Source: an uncultured delta proteobacterium (GTDB lineage Bacteria; Desulfobacterota; Binatia; UBA9968). Taken from it: a DNA stretch of 64,000 bases. The notes below the pieces were generated by a model. That model saw nothing but the letters and a program-made list of their open reading frames with translations, was not told where the DNA came from and did no database searches. This document shows positions 19,464 through 29,841 of this stretch, one piece after another. Position 1 is the first letter of the stretch. Each line of letters starts with the position of its first letter. The stretch covers positions 486,360 to 550,359 of the forward strand of contig CAVUZH010000019.1 in assembly GCA_963745835.1 (NCBI GenBank). The letters run 5' to 3'. The position numbers were made by a program, and so were the translations under genes.

Positions 19464-19623
19464 GGTTCCCTCCGTAATCCGTCAAACGATCGGGTATCAC
19501 CGGCGCTCGCATGCGTCAAGACAATCATCTCTTATTGAGGATCGGGCTTCTTGTTAGTTGTTGGCTCTCCTTCGCTAGTCGGAAGATGCAGCGCCCGCAA
19601 GCGGCTGATGGATGTGCGAAGCT

Positions 19624-20046
19624 TTAAGACGATTGAGCGGCGACGCTGACCATCCAGCCGAGGCCGAAGCGGTCGGAGAGCATGCCGAAACGGGGCGACC
19701 AAAAGGTCTTGCTTAGCGGCATCTGTACCTGCCCACCTTCAGCGAGAGCGGCGAAGACCCGATCCGCCTCAGCTTCATCCGCCACCGTAAGCGATAGAGA
19801 GAACCCTTGAAAAGAGGGTGCGCCTTCACATCGGCCGTCGGAGGCCATCACCATCGTATCGCCGATGCGCAGGCAAGTGTGCATGACTTTATCCTCGGAA
19901 CCGGGTGGAATCATGCCCGGCTGTGGCGGTTCAGGGCTGTCTTTGAAACGCATGAGCATCATGACCTCGACGCCGAGAGTCTTCTTGTAAAAGTCGATTG
20001 CTTCCTCGCACCTGCCAGCGAAAAATAAGTAGACTTGGACTTGCAT
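19624..20046 (-). CDS. VOC/PhnB-family protein
   Basis: YLFF.GRCEEAIDFY, KVMH, MASDG, MPL.KTFWSPRFGM..DRFG. Confidence 0.9.
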   Translation of the reverse strand: MQVQVYLFFAGRCEEAIDFYKKTLGVEVMMLMRFKDSPEPPQPGMIPPGSEDKVMHTCLRIGDTMVMASDGRCEGAPSFQGFSLSLTVADEAEADRVFAALAEGGQVQMPLSKTFWSPRFGMLSDRFGLGWMVSVAAQSS

Positions 20047-20139
20047 GGCATCTCCTTTCTTTTTCCTGATTGCGCATTGCAAAACTTTTCAATGTTTGAT
20101 TCCTATTCTTGTTGTTTGAAACTCTGCCCCCGCCATCAA

Positions 20140-20243
20140 TTCTCAGGCGCAAGCGCGAGGCGGTCTAAGAGCGAAGTCGTACAGTTTAGTATGTTGACAA
20201 AAGCCGGAAGCGGCAAAGCTATTAGGTTTTTTCAGCAACTTGT
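20140..20243 (+). mobile_element. MITE-like repeat, degenerate copy 3
   Basis: Right end GTTTTTTCAGCAACTTGT and internal similarity to copies 1 and 4; left end eroded. Confidence 0.55.
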
Positions 20244-20636
20244 TTGCGGAGGCGCTCCTCTTGCTCCCTAAGCTCGGCGTTAATTCGGCGCCAAAATCCT
20301 CCGCTTCGAACACCTGACGAATCTCAACTTCGGTGTCGTCGAATGGGCGCGCTTTAGCCATTCGATCGCTTCGTCCTTCGATTTCACCTGCCAGATCCAA
20401 AAGCCGGCTATGAGCTCTTTACTTTCGGCAAACGGCCCGTCGATTAAGATTCTTTTATCGCCTGAGAACTTGATGCGCGTGGCCTTGGAGCTCGGATGCA
20501 GCCCCTCACCCGCGAGCAGCACGCCGGCTTTCGCCAGTTCCTCATTGAATTTGCCCATCTCGGTAAGCATCTGTTCGCTCGGTATCATCCCTGCTCCGGA
20601 TTCATTGCTCGCCTTTACCAAAATCATAAAGCGCAT
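20222..20636 (-). pseudogene. YciI/DGPF-family protein with two frameshifts
   Basis: GEGLHPSS, DGPFAESKELIAGFW; the corrected C-terminus reads EIRQVFEAEDFGAELTPELREQEERLRKQVAEKT*. Confidence 0.85.
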
Positions 20637-20829
20637 TTTCGTGCCTCCTTTTTTATATCAGGCCCGAACTGTTCAAGGGTATCAACCCGGATTCTATCTA
20701 CTTGACGAAGGAGAGGTCGCCAAATGGACATCCCGTCCGCGAGGCAAATCAAAAATTAGATACACACGCGCGAGATCTGCCGGACGCCGTGGCCAATTCA
20801 AGACGTAATCTCCGACCTAAACGTGAATA

Positions 20830-21516
20830 TCAACGTGCCACGGTCACAGAGTAGGATTGCGCACCCTGCGGCAGCAAAGCGGTCGTCCTCGCTACATCAG
20901 CGCGGGAAAAGATCTGGAAATGTTGGCGATCGATAAAGTCATAATCGGCAGCAAGCCGGTAACCTGCGGATTCCATTTCCCGTCGGACCTCTTGTTTTGT
21001 CGTTCCATGGCCGAGCAAACCGGAAAAAAACCCTTCGGCGTGAAAATCCAGGATCGCCACTTTGCCGTCAGGCTTGAGGTAGCGTGCCAGTGACTGAAAG
21101 TATGCTACGCGATCTTGCATATGATGGTAGGTATCGCAGCTAAACACGAGATCCACAGGCTCAGGGAGGTTGGCGTCATCGGGTTCGGCGCGGATAGGCA
21201 CGACATTCGTTACTCCTCGGGACTTCATTTCCTTCTCGATGATCGCCAAAGCGGTGTCGTCGATTTCAACCGCATAAACTTTTCCTTGCGGTCCAACCGC
21301 TGCAGCCAGATACCAGGTGAAGTAACCGCCGCCCGCGCCCAGATCCGCCACTCGCGCTCCTGGTTGGATATCAAGCCTTTCGACGACCTGTTTAGGTTTT
21401 TGCCAAGGATCTCGGGCAGGATCATTCATCTGCCGGTATCCCCACTCGGCACAACCGGAAAGCCATACGCTTACGATCAGTAATGCGCTTAAGGACGTGT
21501 TCGAAAAGGCCTTCAT
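20830..21516 (-). CDS. Class I SAM-dependent methyltransferase with lipoprotein signal
   Basis: VADLGAGGGYF, VYAVEI, DTYHH; N-terminal lipobox LSGC. Confidence 0.85.
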   Translation of the reverse strand: MKAFSNTSLSALLIVSVWLSGCAEWGYRQMNDPARDPWQKPKQVVERLDIQPGARVADLGAGGGYFTWYLAAAVGPQGKVYAVEIDDTALAIIEKEMKSRGVTNVVPIRAEPDDANLPEPVDLVFSCDTYHHMQDRVAYFQSLARYLKPDGKVAILDFHAEGFFSGLLGHGTTKQEVRREMESAGYRLAADYDFIDRQHFQIFSRADVARTTALLPQGAQSYSVTVAR

Positions 21517-21777
21517 CGTCTCTCTTTTTTGTAAGGAGTCCACCAAGATAGACTATATCGTGCGCAAGCGGAGTTAAACTCCGGTGAAAGATTTAACTGC
21601 CAGTCTTCCCACCAGAATTAAAATGCGTTGACGCGTGGAAAATGATCAGGGAGTTCCGAACGAGTTTATGGATCGCCGGGATTTAAGATGGAGAAACGAA
21701 AATTGGCGCGCTTCAGCGTGGTGCATTCATGCGCCATCAGCAAGCTGCTTTTAAATTCTGAAGTGGTTCATCCACGT

Positions 21778-22065
21778 TCACAAACCGGCTTTGTTCGATC
21801 TTTTGACGTCCCGATGAAAGTAGAGAACCGTGAAAAAGACTGCCGAGAAAAAGAGCGAGTTGGTGATCCCGAATACCACTAGAACTGGATCCGGAGACTG
21901 CAAGCTTGACGGCAGCATGGCGATGACAAGCTCCAGACGCCGATCAGCCAAACCATTCTGATATCTCCGGAGGACCGGCGACGGATGATTCGGAGTATCA
22001 GGGGAATATTGAAGAGCGGCATGATAATACCGCTGAGCATTCCAATGATTTGAAATTATCCGCAT
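21778..22065 (-). pseudogene. SemiSWEET/PQ-loop-like small transporter, frameshifted
   Basis: An alternate frame gives IIGMLSGIIMPLFNIPLILRIIRRRSSGDI..VWLIGVW, joining VIAMLPSSLQSPDPVLVVFGITNSLFF. Confidence 0.65.
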
Positions 22066-22130
22066 AAGCCTTACGGATTAGAGTTTCTACAGAGCTGATG
22101 TTGCCAGCTCCTCAACGGCGAATCACGGAC

Positions 22131-23138
22131 TTACGGCTTCCAAGCCGTTTTGTTCAGCTGCTGCTCGGCCTGCAATGCGAACGTGAAATCGTAAGCTCGA
22201 TTGCTGGGCACGGGTTGGCTGGCGTTTACCACTTCTCGGATGATATCGAGGTCATTTTTCTGCGCTTCTTCATCTACGGCGCCGTTGCGCGTAAACGTGC
22301 CGATCAAGTCTTCATAAACACGGGTCGCTTGTTGTTGTGAAACACCGGCAAATTTCATCATCGCTGCGACAGTCCCTTCCTTGTCCTGGCGCATGTAGCG
22401 CAAGGACTTCAGAGCGGCGCGAACAAAGCTGCTGATCATCTTGGGGTTTTCCTTGATGAGCTTGTCGGTGGTGGACAATGTTCCCCAGGAATTTTTCACT
22501 TCGTTGCCGAAGAAGAACATCTCCCGCATGCCCTTGTCGAGACCGACGTAGCGCTGCTCGACGCTGAGCACCGCCGCGTCCATGGTGCCCGCCAGTAATG
22601 CCGTCAATTGATTTCCCTGGCCTACGTCTAGATAGAGCGGGTCCTTGTTTCCATCAAGCCCGTGTTTGTTGAGAATCTGCTTGAGCATGAAGGTCGCGAT
22701 CGCCGCCACGCCGGTTGTGGCGATCCGTTTGCCCTTGAGATCTTTCGGATGGGTTAGATCGGGACGGGTCAGGAGCCATTGCAGAACACGATCGTTGGTC
22801 GCCAGGACCACCTTGAGAGGCGCATTCGCACGAGCGATGCTCACCAGAGCGCTCGAACCCGCCCCGGTAAATTGAACATCCTCGCTGAGCATGGCTTGGA
22901 TGCTGGTGGTCGGGGCGATATAAATCACCCGCAGGTCGATGCCCTCCTCTCTCATGTAGCCCTTCTGCTGTGCGATCGGATAGATCACCATTTGAAAACT
23001 CTTGGCGGGTATTGCCACATTGACGACCTGGAGCGACTGAGCGCCGGCCGGATCCTGGTCGAAGGACATTATCGAACAGACTACAGCGACAACGAGGCAC
23101 CGGGCCAAAACCCTCGTCACATTCACCGACTTTTTCAT
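22131..23138 (-). CDS. NitT/TauT ABC substrate-binding protein
   Basis: Signal peptide; KGYMREEGIDL, DLKGKRIA. Confidence 0.9.
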   Translation of the reverse strand: MKKSVNVTRVLARCLVVAVVCSIMSFDQDPAGAQSLQVVNVAIPAKSFQMVIYPIAQQKGYMREEGIDLRVIYIAPTTSIQAMLSEDVQFTGAGSSALVSIARANAPLKVVLATNDRVLQWLLTRPDLTHPKDLKGKRIATTGVAAIATFMLKQILNKHGLDGNKDPLYLDVGQGNQLTALLAGTMDAAVLSVEQRYVGLDKGMREMFFFGNEVKNSWGTLSTTDKLIKENPKMISSFVRAALKSLRYMRQDKEGTVAAMMKFAGVSQQQATRVYEDLIGTFTRNGAVDEEAQKNDLDIIREVVNASQPVPSNRAYDFTFALQAEQQLNKTAWKP

Positions 23139-23199
23139 TGAATACTCCCGATTGGCGCCCGCTCTCTCCGATGAGAGAGCGGGTGATAGAAAGGATGAC

Positions 23200-24315
23200 C
23201 TACGATTCTGAGACGCGACTCAATTTAGCGGATAGAGCCGCCTTGGGATTATCGAAGAAGATCTTGTCGGTGAGCGCGCGTGGAATATCTTCCCGGGCGC
23301 GCATCGCCGCCACCAGCTGGCGCTCCTCGGAAGGATCCTGATGTCCGTAGTCCGAGCCAATCAGGAGATGATCTTCGCCGGTATATTGAGCGATATAGCT
23401 TACGTCCTCATCCGCTTCGCAGGCAACGAAGATCCGATACTCGCGAAACATGTCCTGGTCCGAGGAGAATTTCCATTTTTCGCGGAACAATCTTTTGATG
23501 ATGTGCATCATGAACGGCACCCAGCCGGCGGATGCTTCGATGAAGCCAAATTTCAGGCGCGGAAACTGCTCCGGAATCTTGTTGGCAATCAGGTCACGAA
23601 ACGCGAATAGCGGCTGCACACGGCTGTGGCCGAACGTATGATTGCGCTCGACATCGAAGAGATTCAAAAACAGCGGGCAGCCCGCGCCGGTATGGATCAA
23701 TACCGGCAGATCCGTATCGCTCGCCGCCTGATAAATCGGGTTGAAGTAAGGATTGTCGAGGGTCCTGAACCCTTCGATACCGCGGAAGAAAACTCCCACA
23801 GCGCCATTATCTTTGCCCCATTTGATTTCCTTCACCGACTCTTCTACCGAATGGAGCGGCGGCACCACCACCCAACTCATGCGCCCGCCGGATTTGGCGC
23901 ATGCCTGCGCGATAAACCGGTTGTAAGCGCGAGCCATCGCCACGTCCAAGGCTGTGTCATCGGTGACGTAGATCAGAAACAATGTCGGAAATACTACCTG
24001 CTTGTCGACGCCGAGCTTGTCCATGTCCTTGAGACGGCCCGGAATATCGGTCATCTCCCGGTAAGCCAAATGGATATCGCCCCGGGATGATTCCAACTTC
24101 GACGCCGACGGGGTAATCAAACGGAAACTACCCTTGCCATTGGGCTTGGGAAAGATGTTGCCGTCGATCAGCCAGAAAGCATTACGCGGCCCGTACAATG
24201 TATCTTCCGGAGCTTTGAGCAGCACCGGCCGTCGATGGTACATGTCCTTGTCGAGAAAGGTCCACATCGCTTCGGACTCTGAGATATGAGTATCGGCATC
24301 GATGATACCTGGCAT
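23200..24315 (-). CDS. Amidohydrolase_2-family protein
   Basis: IDADTH, LPVLIH, FIEASAGWVP, IGSDYGH. Confidence 0.9.
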   Translation of the reverse strand: MPGIIDADTHISESEAMWTFLDKDMYHRRPVLLKAPEDTLYGPRNAFWLIDGNIFPKPNGKGSFRLITPSASKLESSRGDIHLAYREMTDIPGRLKDMDKLGVDKQVVFPTLFLIYVTDDTALDVAMARAYNRFIAQACAKSGGRMSWVVVPPLHSVEESVKEIKWGKDNGAVGVFFRGIEGFRTLDNPYFNPIYQAASDTDLPVLIHTGAGCPLFLNLFDVERNHTFGHSRVQPLFAFRDLIANKIPEQFPRLKFGFIEASAGWVPFMMHIIKRLFREKWKFSSDQDMFREYRIFVACEADEDVSYIAQYTGEDHLLIGSDYGHQDPSEERQLVAAMRAREDIPRALTDKIFFDNPKAALSAKLSRVSES

Positions 24316-24519
24316 GAGTGACCTCCTTCTGTAATTGTCTAATATGTAGCTGGTAAAAACTTTTGTTCAACCGCTACGGCCAATGTTAATCCGTTCAACC
24401 GCGCCTACGTCGCTATTCAAACGTTCAATGGTTCAACGTCAGACAGCGCGCCTATTTTTTGTCGTTGACCGTTGATTGGGGCGTACTGTGCGCCGGTTGA
24501 ACTGCTGAACGGCTGTTTA

Positions 24520-25419
24520 TCATATCCGTAGCGCTCCCGGGATAATCCACTCCGAAGCAATCTGCTGCGCGCCGTCTGGAATGTTCGGCGCAATTTGCGC
24601 AACCAGTTTTTGTAAATGCTCGAAGTCCACGGTAAGGCGATCATCCATGCAAATTAAATATTCGTCGAGCGTCTTCGCGGCTAATTCCGGCGAGTGCCCG
24701 AAGCGGGTTTGTAAAAGGCTCAGGGTATCGTCTCTATGAGTGCGCAAATACCGGATGCCTTCGCGATGTGCCTGGACAAATCGAGAGAAGTCGTCGGCGC
24801 GCTCTCGTGATAGTGAAGCCGTCGTTTCCATGGTTATCGGCAGCGGGTCGTCAACGATATCGGACCCTTCGTTAAGCCTTACGAATCCCTCCTCCTCTGC
24901 AATCAATGCGTACGGGCGCGGCAGCCAGGCGCCTTGAACTTGGCCTCCTAACAGAAGCCGGAAAGCGTCCTGGTCGCCTTCGGTAAACTGAAGAGTCAGA
25001 TCCTTACCGAGTGTTAGGCCGGCTCTTTCTTCCAACAATCGTCCAAACGGCACGCCCCGGGCAGGACCTTCCCGGCAGGTGATCGTTTCATTTTTCAGTT
25101 CGCTAATCGTCTTGATCCCCTGAGTTGTCATTAGGTAATAGCTACAGCTATTCATGACACAACCCAACAGTTGGGTCTTTTTAGTATCGAGAAAGTGCTG
25201 CAGCGACGCGCGGCCTACTACCATTGAAATATGAGCGGCGCCGCTTTCGAGTTGCTGATAGCGCGCCTCCGTGCCTTGCACATGACGCCATGAAACATCC
25301 AGTCCATATTTTTCATAGATGTCGGCATCGATGGACAGGTAGCCGGAGGGGTCGCGCGCAAACTTGCCCTCGGTTCCTTCAAGGTGTCCATACATGACAT
25401 TGAGCTTTGCGAGTTCCAT
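24520..25419 (-). CDS. SBP-fold protein lacking a signal peptide
   Basis: IYEKYGLDV, GIKTISELK, SBP-like C-terminus; no hydrophobic N-terminus. Confidence 0.7.
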   Translation of the reverse strand: MELAKLNVMYGHLEGTEGKFARDPSGYLSIDADIYEKYGLDVSWRHVQGTEARYQQLESGAAHISMVVGRASLQHFLDTKKTQLLGCVMNSCSYYLMTTQGIKTISELKNETITCREGPARGVPFGRLLEERAGLTLGKDLTLQFTEGDQDAFRLLLGGQVQGAWLPRPYALIAEEEGFVRLNEGSDIVDDPLPITMETTASLSRERADDFSRFVQAHREGIRYLRTHRDDTLSLLQTRFGHSPELAAKTLDEYLICMDDRLTVDFEHLQKLVAQIAPNIPDGAQQIASEWIIPGALRI

Positions 25420-25583
25420 GCGAGCTCTCCTGTGCCGGTGATTTCACCTTTCTATATTACGGATGGGTGCGGCAGACAAATAAATTGCGGGCAAGCTCCA
25501 TATTGACAGCGCGCTTGGCGCGGGAATAGAGTCGCGGATAAGCAAGTGCAGTTAAACTACCTGCAACTAAAAAGGAGGTCATC

Positions 25584-26009
25584 ATGGAGACGAAGGACGT
25601 TTTCGAGTTAGCGAAGGAAAGAAAAAAGGGACAGCGGCGCCTGGATCTTTTTCGCAGGGACAATCTAGAAACATGGATCCTATATTTCCCTCCAGGAGAT
25701 GTGCAGAGAATGCACAATCATCCATCGGATCGAACTTATTACGTTCTCAGCGGCCGCGGCGTGATGAAGGGCCTCAAAGAAACGCATGAGCTTTCTGCGG
25801 GTCAGATCATCAGCATACCCGCCCACGAATACTATGAAGGATCCAACCCGCACGACGAGCCGATGATTCTCTTGGGCAACAGTCACAAAGCAACGCCTGA
25901 GGATGTTGCCAAGGCCGGCGGCCAACGCAACGAAATCGATGACAAGACCGGCAAGCGAATTATTTATCAGCACGGCGGCGGCAGAGATGAGGGAGTGCTG
26001 GCCGACTGA
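25584..26009 (+). CDS. Cupin-domain protein
   Basis: MHNHP...YYVLSGRG; AGGAGG RBS. Confidence 0.85.
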   Translation: METKDVFELAKERKKGQRRLDLFRRDNLETWILYFPPGDVQRMHNHPSDRTYYVLSGRGVMKGLKETHELSAGQIISIPAHEYYEGSNPHDEPMILLGNSHKATPEDVAKAGGQRNEIDDKTGKRIIYQHGGGRDEGVLAD

Positions 26010-26036
26010 GCCGATTAGCCGGTTACGCTTGTACAG

Positions 26037-26070
26037 AAGTCCGGCGGGGTGATTCTCGCCGGACTTTTTT
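26037..26070 (+). terminator. Intrinsic terminator
   Basis: AAGTCCGGCGGGG-tgat-TCTCGCCGGACTT followed by a T-run. Confidence 0.8.
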
Positions 26071-26254
26071 ATTTTGTACTGAGCGACGTCTACAAGCGAA
26101 GTTTAGATACATATTTCGTATGGGAATTGAGCTGCAAGCATTTCGCGAATAGCGATGACGCTTGTAGAATTACATCTCCCTCCGGGCATTCCGACAACAC
26201 CATTTAACACGACCTTAACCCCCGCCGAGAACAACTCTGGGTGCCATAGCCCGG

Positions 26255-29200
26255 ATGCTATCCAACGCGAACTTCGAGTTAGGATTTTTTAACAATTATG
26301 CTATCATTCTTTCGCTCACCCAAATGAACAGCAAACCCATCGACTTAACCGAGGTTTCGTCGTCCACTTCCTGGTTCTCTACTGTGCTAACCAAGAGACG
26401 GCTCAAGGTATGGTTATGGCTCGCGCTTTCATTGCTGTTGCTGGCTGCCGGCATCGTCATCGAGTTCAAGACTTCGATCGTTCAGGCGTGGATTTTTACC
26501 CGCACCAACGAACGGCTCTCCTTTGAGCTGGCGCAAGGAGCGGCGTCAAGTATCGCGTTTCCTGCCCCGGCACCCTTCGACGATCGTCGTGGTTACTCGA
26601 AGTTGGCCGATTTTCAGAGCCGGCTTCTATCGCAAGGTTTCCAGGTCAGCCAACAGGCAAGACAATCAGAGACCATGGTCAATCTAATCAGCCAAGGCAT
26701 TTCGCCGCCTTATATCGAGCCGCCGGAGACCGGCATCGACATACGCGGCGCCGCCGGCGTACCGCTCTTTCGCCATGCGCAATCCGAATTCCTGTTCGAG
26801 AAAATCGATAACATTCCGCCAGTACTGGTTAAAACACTGCTTTTTCTCGAGGATCGCGATCTCGACAGTCCTAATTTTTCGCGTCAAAACCCCGCAGTCG
26901 AATGGGACCGCTTCTTCAAAGCGGCTTTGTTCTATTTGGGTTCAAAACTCTACCTGGATGTTCCAGTCCAAGGTGGCAGCACGTTAGCGGTGCAGTTGGA
27001 GAAGTTCCGTCATTCGGCGCACGGCCGCACCGATTCGCCGCTGGACAAATTCCGGCAAATCGTCGGCGCCAGCTTGAAGGCTTACCGCGCCGGCCCCAAC
27101 ACCCGCGCCTGGAGAGACCGAATTATTGTTGATTATTTCAATACCGTTCCGCTCGCCGCGGCACCCGGTTACGGTGAGATCCACGGCTTGGGAGAAGGGC
27201 TTTACGCCTGGTTCGGCATGCAGCTCGCGGATGCTGTCCGCGCGCTCCGGACCCCCGGGATCACTATTCCCAAGGTGCGCGTCTATAAGCATGTTTTGAC
27301 GTTGCTCATATCGGTTCGGGCGCCGTCGGTATTCCTAGTCGAGGAACGGGGATCGCTCGAGCACAAAGTGAATCAGTTTACTCAGTTGCTCGCGCGCGAG
27401 GGGATCATTGACGACGACTTTGCCGCTGCCGTTCAAGAGACGCCAATACAGTTCTTGTCCCATGGTCCCGTACCGCCCCAGCCTTCTTCCGGCAGAAACA
27501 AGGCGGCCAATGCGATACGGATGACGATGACGGAGCTGTTGGGGGTTACTAATCTATACGATCTGAACCGCTTGCATGTCGAGGTCGAGAGCACCATCGA
27601 TGTTCCATTGCAGAAAAAAGTTGTTGAGTTTCTGCAATCTCTTACGCTTCCGGAGACGATCAAGGCCTACGGGTTGAACGGTGAACGGCTGTTGGAGAAT
27701 TCCGACCCGAAGCGGGTCATCTATTCTTTCCTTTTGATCGAACCGACACGCCATGGGAACTTCGTAAGGGTGCAGGCTGATAACCTGGCCGCGCCTTTCG
27801 ACTTCAACAAAAGCGTCAAACTCGAATTGGGAAGCACGGCCAAGCTGCGAACTTTGACACATTACCTCGAGGTGATAGCCGAACTCCACAAAGAGCTTTC
27901 TCCGCTGGATCAAAAAGAGCTGGCCCAGAGAATGCGCCAGGCTCGTGACCCACTCACCAGTTGGGCCATTGAAACGTTAAAGACTCAACCCAGCATTGCT
28001 CTACAGCCGTTTCTTGAGCGCGCCATGGAGCGCCGCTATTCCGCCAGCCCCTTTGAAGCATTCTTCACTGGCGGCGGTTTGCACCATTTCGAGAACTTCG
28101 ACCGTGAGGATAACGGCAAGATTTTGCTGCTGCGCGACGCCTTCAGGAACTCTACCAACTTAGTCTTCATTCGCCTCATGCGGGACGTAGTGAGCTATCA
28201 CCGGGCGCGCCTTGGATACAATGCCGATGCCGTGCTCAGCGATCCGGATAACAAAGAACGACAAGCCATGCTGGCGAGGATTGCCGAAGAAGAATCCCGC
28301 GCTGCTTTGCGCCGAGCCTATCAAAATTTTCGTGGTCAAACTCCGGAACAGATTACCGCCCGATTGCTAGGGAACAAAGGGAATGCCGAACGGCGTCTGG
28401 CGATCCTCTTCTTTGCCTGGCGCATCGGCGCAGACGAGCAAGCGCTGGCTTCATGGCTGGCGCAGAACCAACATCAGGCGACCGGCGAAGTGGTCGGCAA
28501 GCTGTTCCGGGCTTATCGCAACCCGCGGCTGACGTTGGTCGATTACGCTTACCTGTTATCGTTACATCCGCTGGATCTCTGGTGCGCTAGCGAGTTCCGC
28601 AGCAACTCTAATCTTTCCTGGGAAGAGCTCTACAATAAAAGCGCTGAGGCCCGGCGCACAGGATCGGCTTGGCTGCTCACGCCGCGCAACCGCAAGGCGC
28701 AGGATCTCCGGCTGAGAATACGTTTTGAGCGCGACGCGTTCGCGCGCATGACTCCTTACTGGCAGCGGCTCGGCTTTCCATTCAAAACGATGGTGCCCTC
28801 CTATGCCACGGCCTTAGGCAACTCCTCGGATCGGCCGGTGGCGTTGGCGGAACTGATCGGCATTCTGGTGAACGACGGGCAACGCAAGCGCAGCCTCAGT
28901 CTGAACAAGATTCACTTCGCCCGCAGCACCCCTTATGAAACCCTGATGGAACCCGAGCCGCGAATCGGCGTACAGGTGCTGGCCCCGGAGGTAGCTCGTA
29001 GCGTCAGGAAGGCGATGGCCGATGTGGTCGAGCACGGCACGGCACGGCGTCTCAATGGAGTTTTCAGGCTGGCCGACGGCCAACTGCTCACGGTCGGCGG
29101 TAAAACCGGATCAGGCGACAACAAGTATGAAACCTTCAACCGTTACGGCGGCGTGATTTCTTCGCGGGCAACCAATCGTACCGCTGCTTTTGCCTTTTAT

Positions 29201-29422
29201 ATCGGCGACCGCTACTTCGGCGTGATCACCGCTTACGTGCAGGGACGCGAGGCCGCCAACTATCGCTTTACCAGCGCGTTACCAGTCACGTTGATGAAAA
29301 TTCTTGCGCCGACCCTGACAGCCAATATCAACGCCAGTACAACCCGACGTTCCGACAATCCTGAAAATGGCATCAAAGCAACTCTACGCCGCATAAGATC
29401 AGCTTTGATGGTCCCAGCCTGA
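26255..29422 (+). CDS. Large bifunctional transglycosylase/transpeptidase (class A PBP-like)
   Basis: N-terminal TM; FLEDR and GGSTL..Q GT51 motifs; STAK, STN and KTG motifs. Confidence 0.85.
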   Translation: MLSNANFELGFFNNYAIILSLTQMNSKPIDLTEVSSSTSWFSTVLTKRRLKVWLWLALSLLLLAAGIVIEFKTSIVQAWIFTRTNERLSFELAQGAASSIAFPAPAPFDDRRGYSKLADFQSRLLSQGFQVSQQARQSETMVNLISQGISPPYIEPPETGIDIRGAAGVPLFRHAQSEFLFEKIDNIPPVLVKTLLFLEDRDLDSPNFSRQNPAVEWDRFFKAALFYLGSKLYLDVPVQGGSTLAVQLEKFRHSAHGRTDSPLDKFRQIVGASLKAYRAGPNTRAWRDRIIVDYFNTVPLAAAPGYGEIHGLGEGLYAWFGMQLADAVRALRTPGITIPKVRVYKHVLTLLISVRAPSVFLVEERGSLEHKVNQFTQLLAREGIIDDDFAAAVQETPIQFLSHGPVPPQPSSGRNKAANAIRMTMTELLGVTNLYDLNRLHVEVESTIDVPLQKKVVEFLQSLTLPETIKAYGLNGERLLENSDPKRVIYSFLLIEPTRHGNFVRVQADNLAAPFDFNKSVKLELGSTAKLRTLTHYLEVIAELHKELSPLDQKELAQRMRQARDPLTSWAIETLKTQPSIALQPFLERAMERRYSASPFEAFFTGGGLHHFENFDREDNGKILLLRDAFRNSTNLVFIRLMRDVVSYHRARLGYNADAVLSDPDNKERQAMLARIAEEESRAALRRAYQNFRGQTPEQITARLLGNKGNAERRLAILFFAWRIGADEQALASWLAQNQHQATGEVVGKLFRAYRNPRLTLVDYAYLLSLHPLDLWCASEFRSNSNLSWEELYNKSAEARRTGSAWLLTPRNRKAQDLRLRIRFERDAFARMTPYWQRLGFPFKTMVPSYATALGNSSDRPVALAELIGILVNDGQRKRSLSLNKIHFARSTPYETLMEPEPRIGVQVLAPEVARSVRKAMADVVEHGTARRLNGVFRLADGQLLTVGGKTGSGDNKYETFNRYGGVISSRATNRTAAFAFYIGDRYFGVITAYVQGREAANYRFTSALPVTLMKILAPTLTANINASTTRRSDNPENGIKATLRRIRSALMVPA

Positions 29423-29700
29423 TTCCTGCGCCCTTAAGCGTCGCCCATTAGCACATCTCACAGTTGGCGCGAGCACGATGCTTACGCATGTCAATGAGCA
29501 TCGTTTAGCGGAGCGCGAGAGCCACCGTTTCTGCTGCCACAGGCCGTATAAAAGCACTTGATCATTCCTCACAGCCTCTAACTCCGGCCAGCCACCATCC
29601 AGCCGAGACCCGAGCTAACCTATCCGCATCCATATTCCTTAATCTTCCTTGCAAATCGTGCTGCTGCGAGGATAGAAGTAATCGCAATACGGGAGGAGTG

Positions 29701-29818
29701 ATGAAACACCGGACATTTTGTCTTAGCGTTTGTCGCCTTCGTTCTTTCGCTGATGCTATTGCCGCTTCTGCTGTATGAAGAAAACCGGGCCTTGAGTAAA
29801 CCTGTGAGCCACACTTAA
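29701..29818 (+). CDS. Putative 38-aa single-TM small protein (needs removal of one T in a TTTT run)
   Basis: GGAGGAG RBS; corrected frame MKHRTFVLAFVAFVLSLMLLPLLLYEENRALSKPVSHT*. Confidence 0.4.
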
Positions 29819-29841
29819 CCAACGGTTAACGAGCGATCGGA

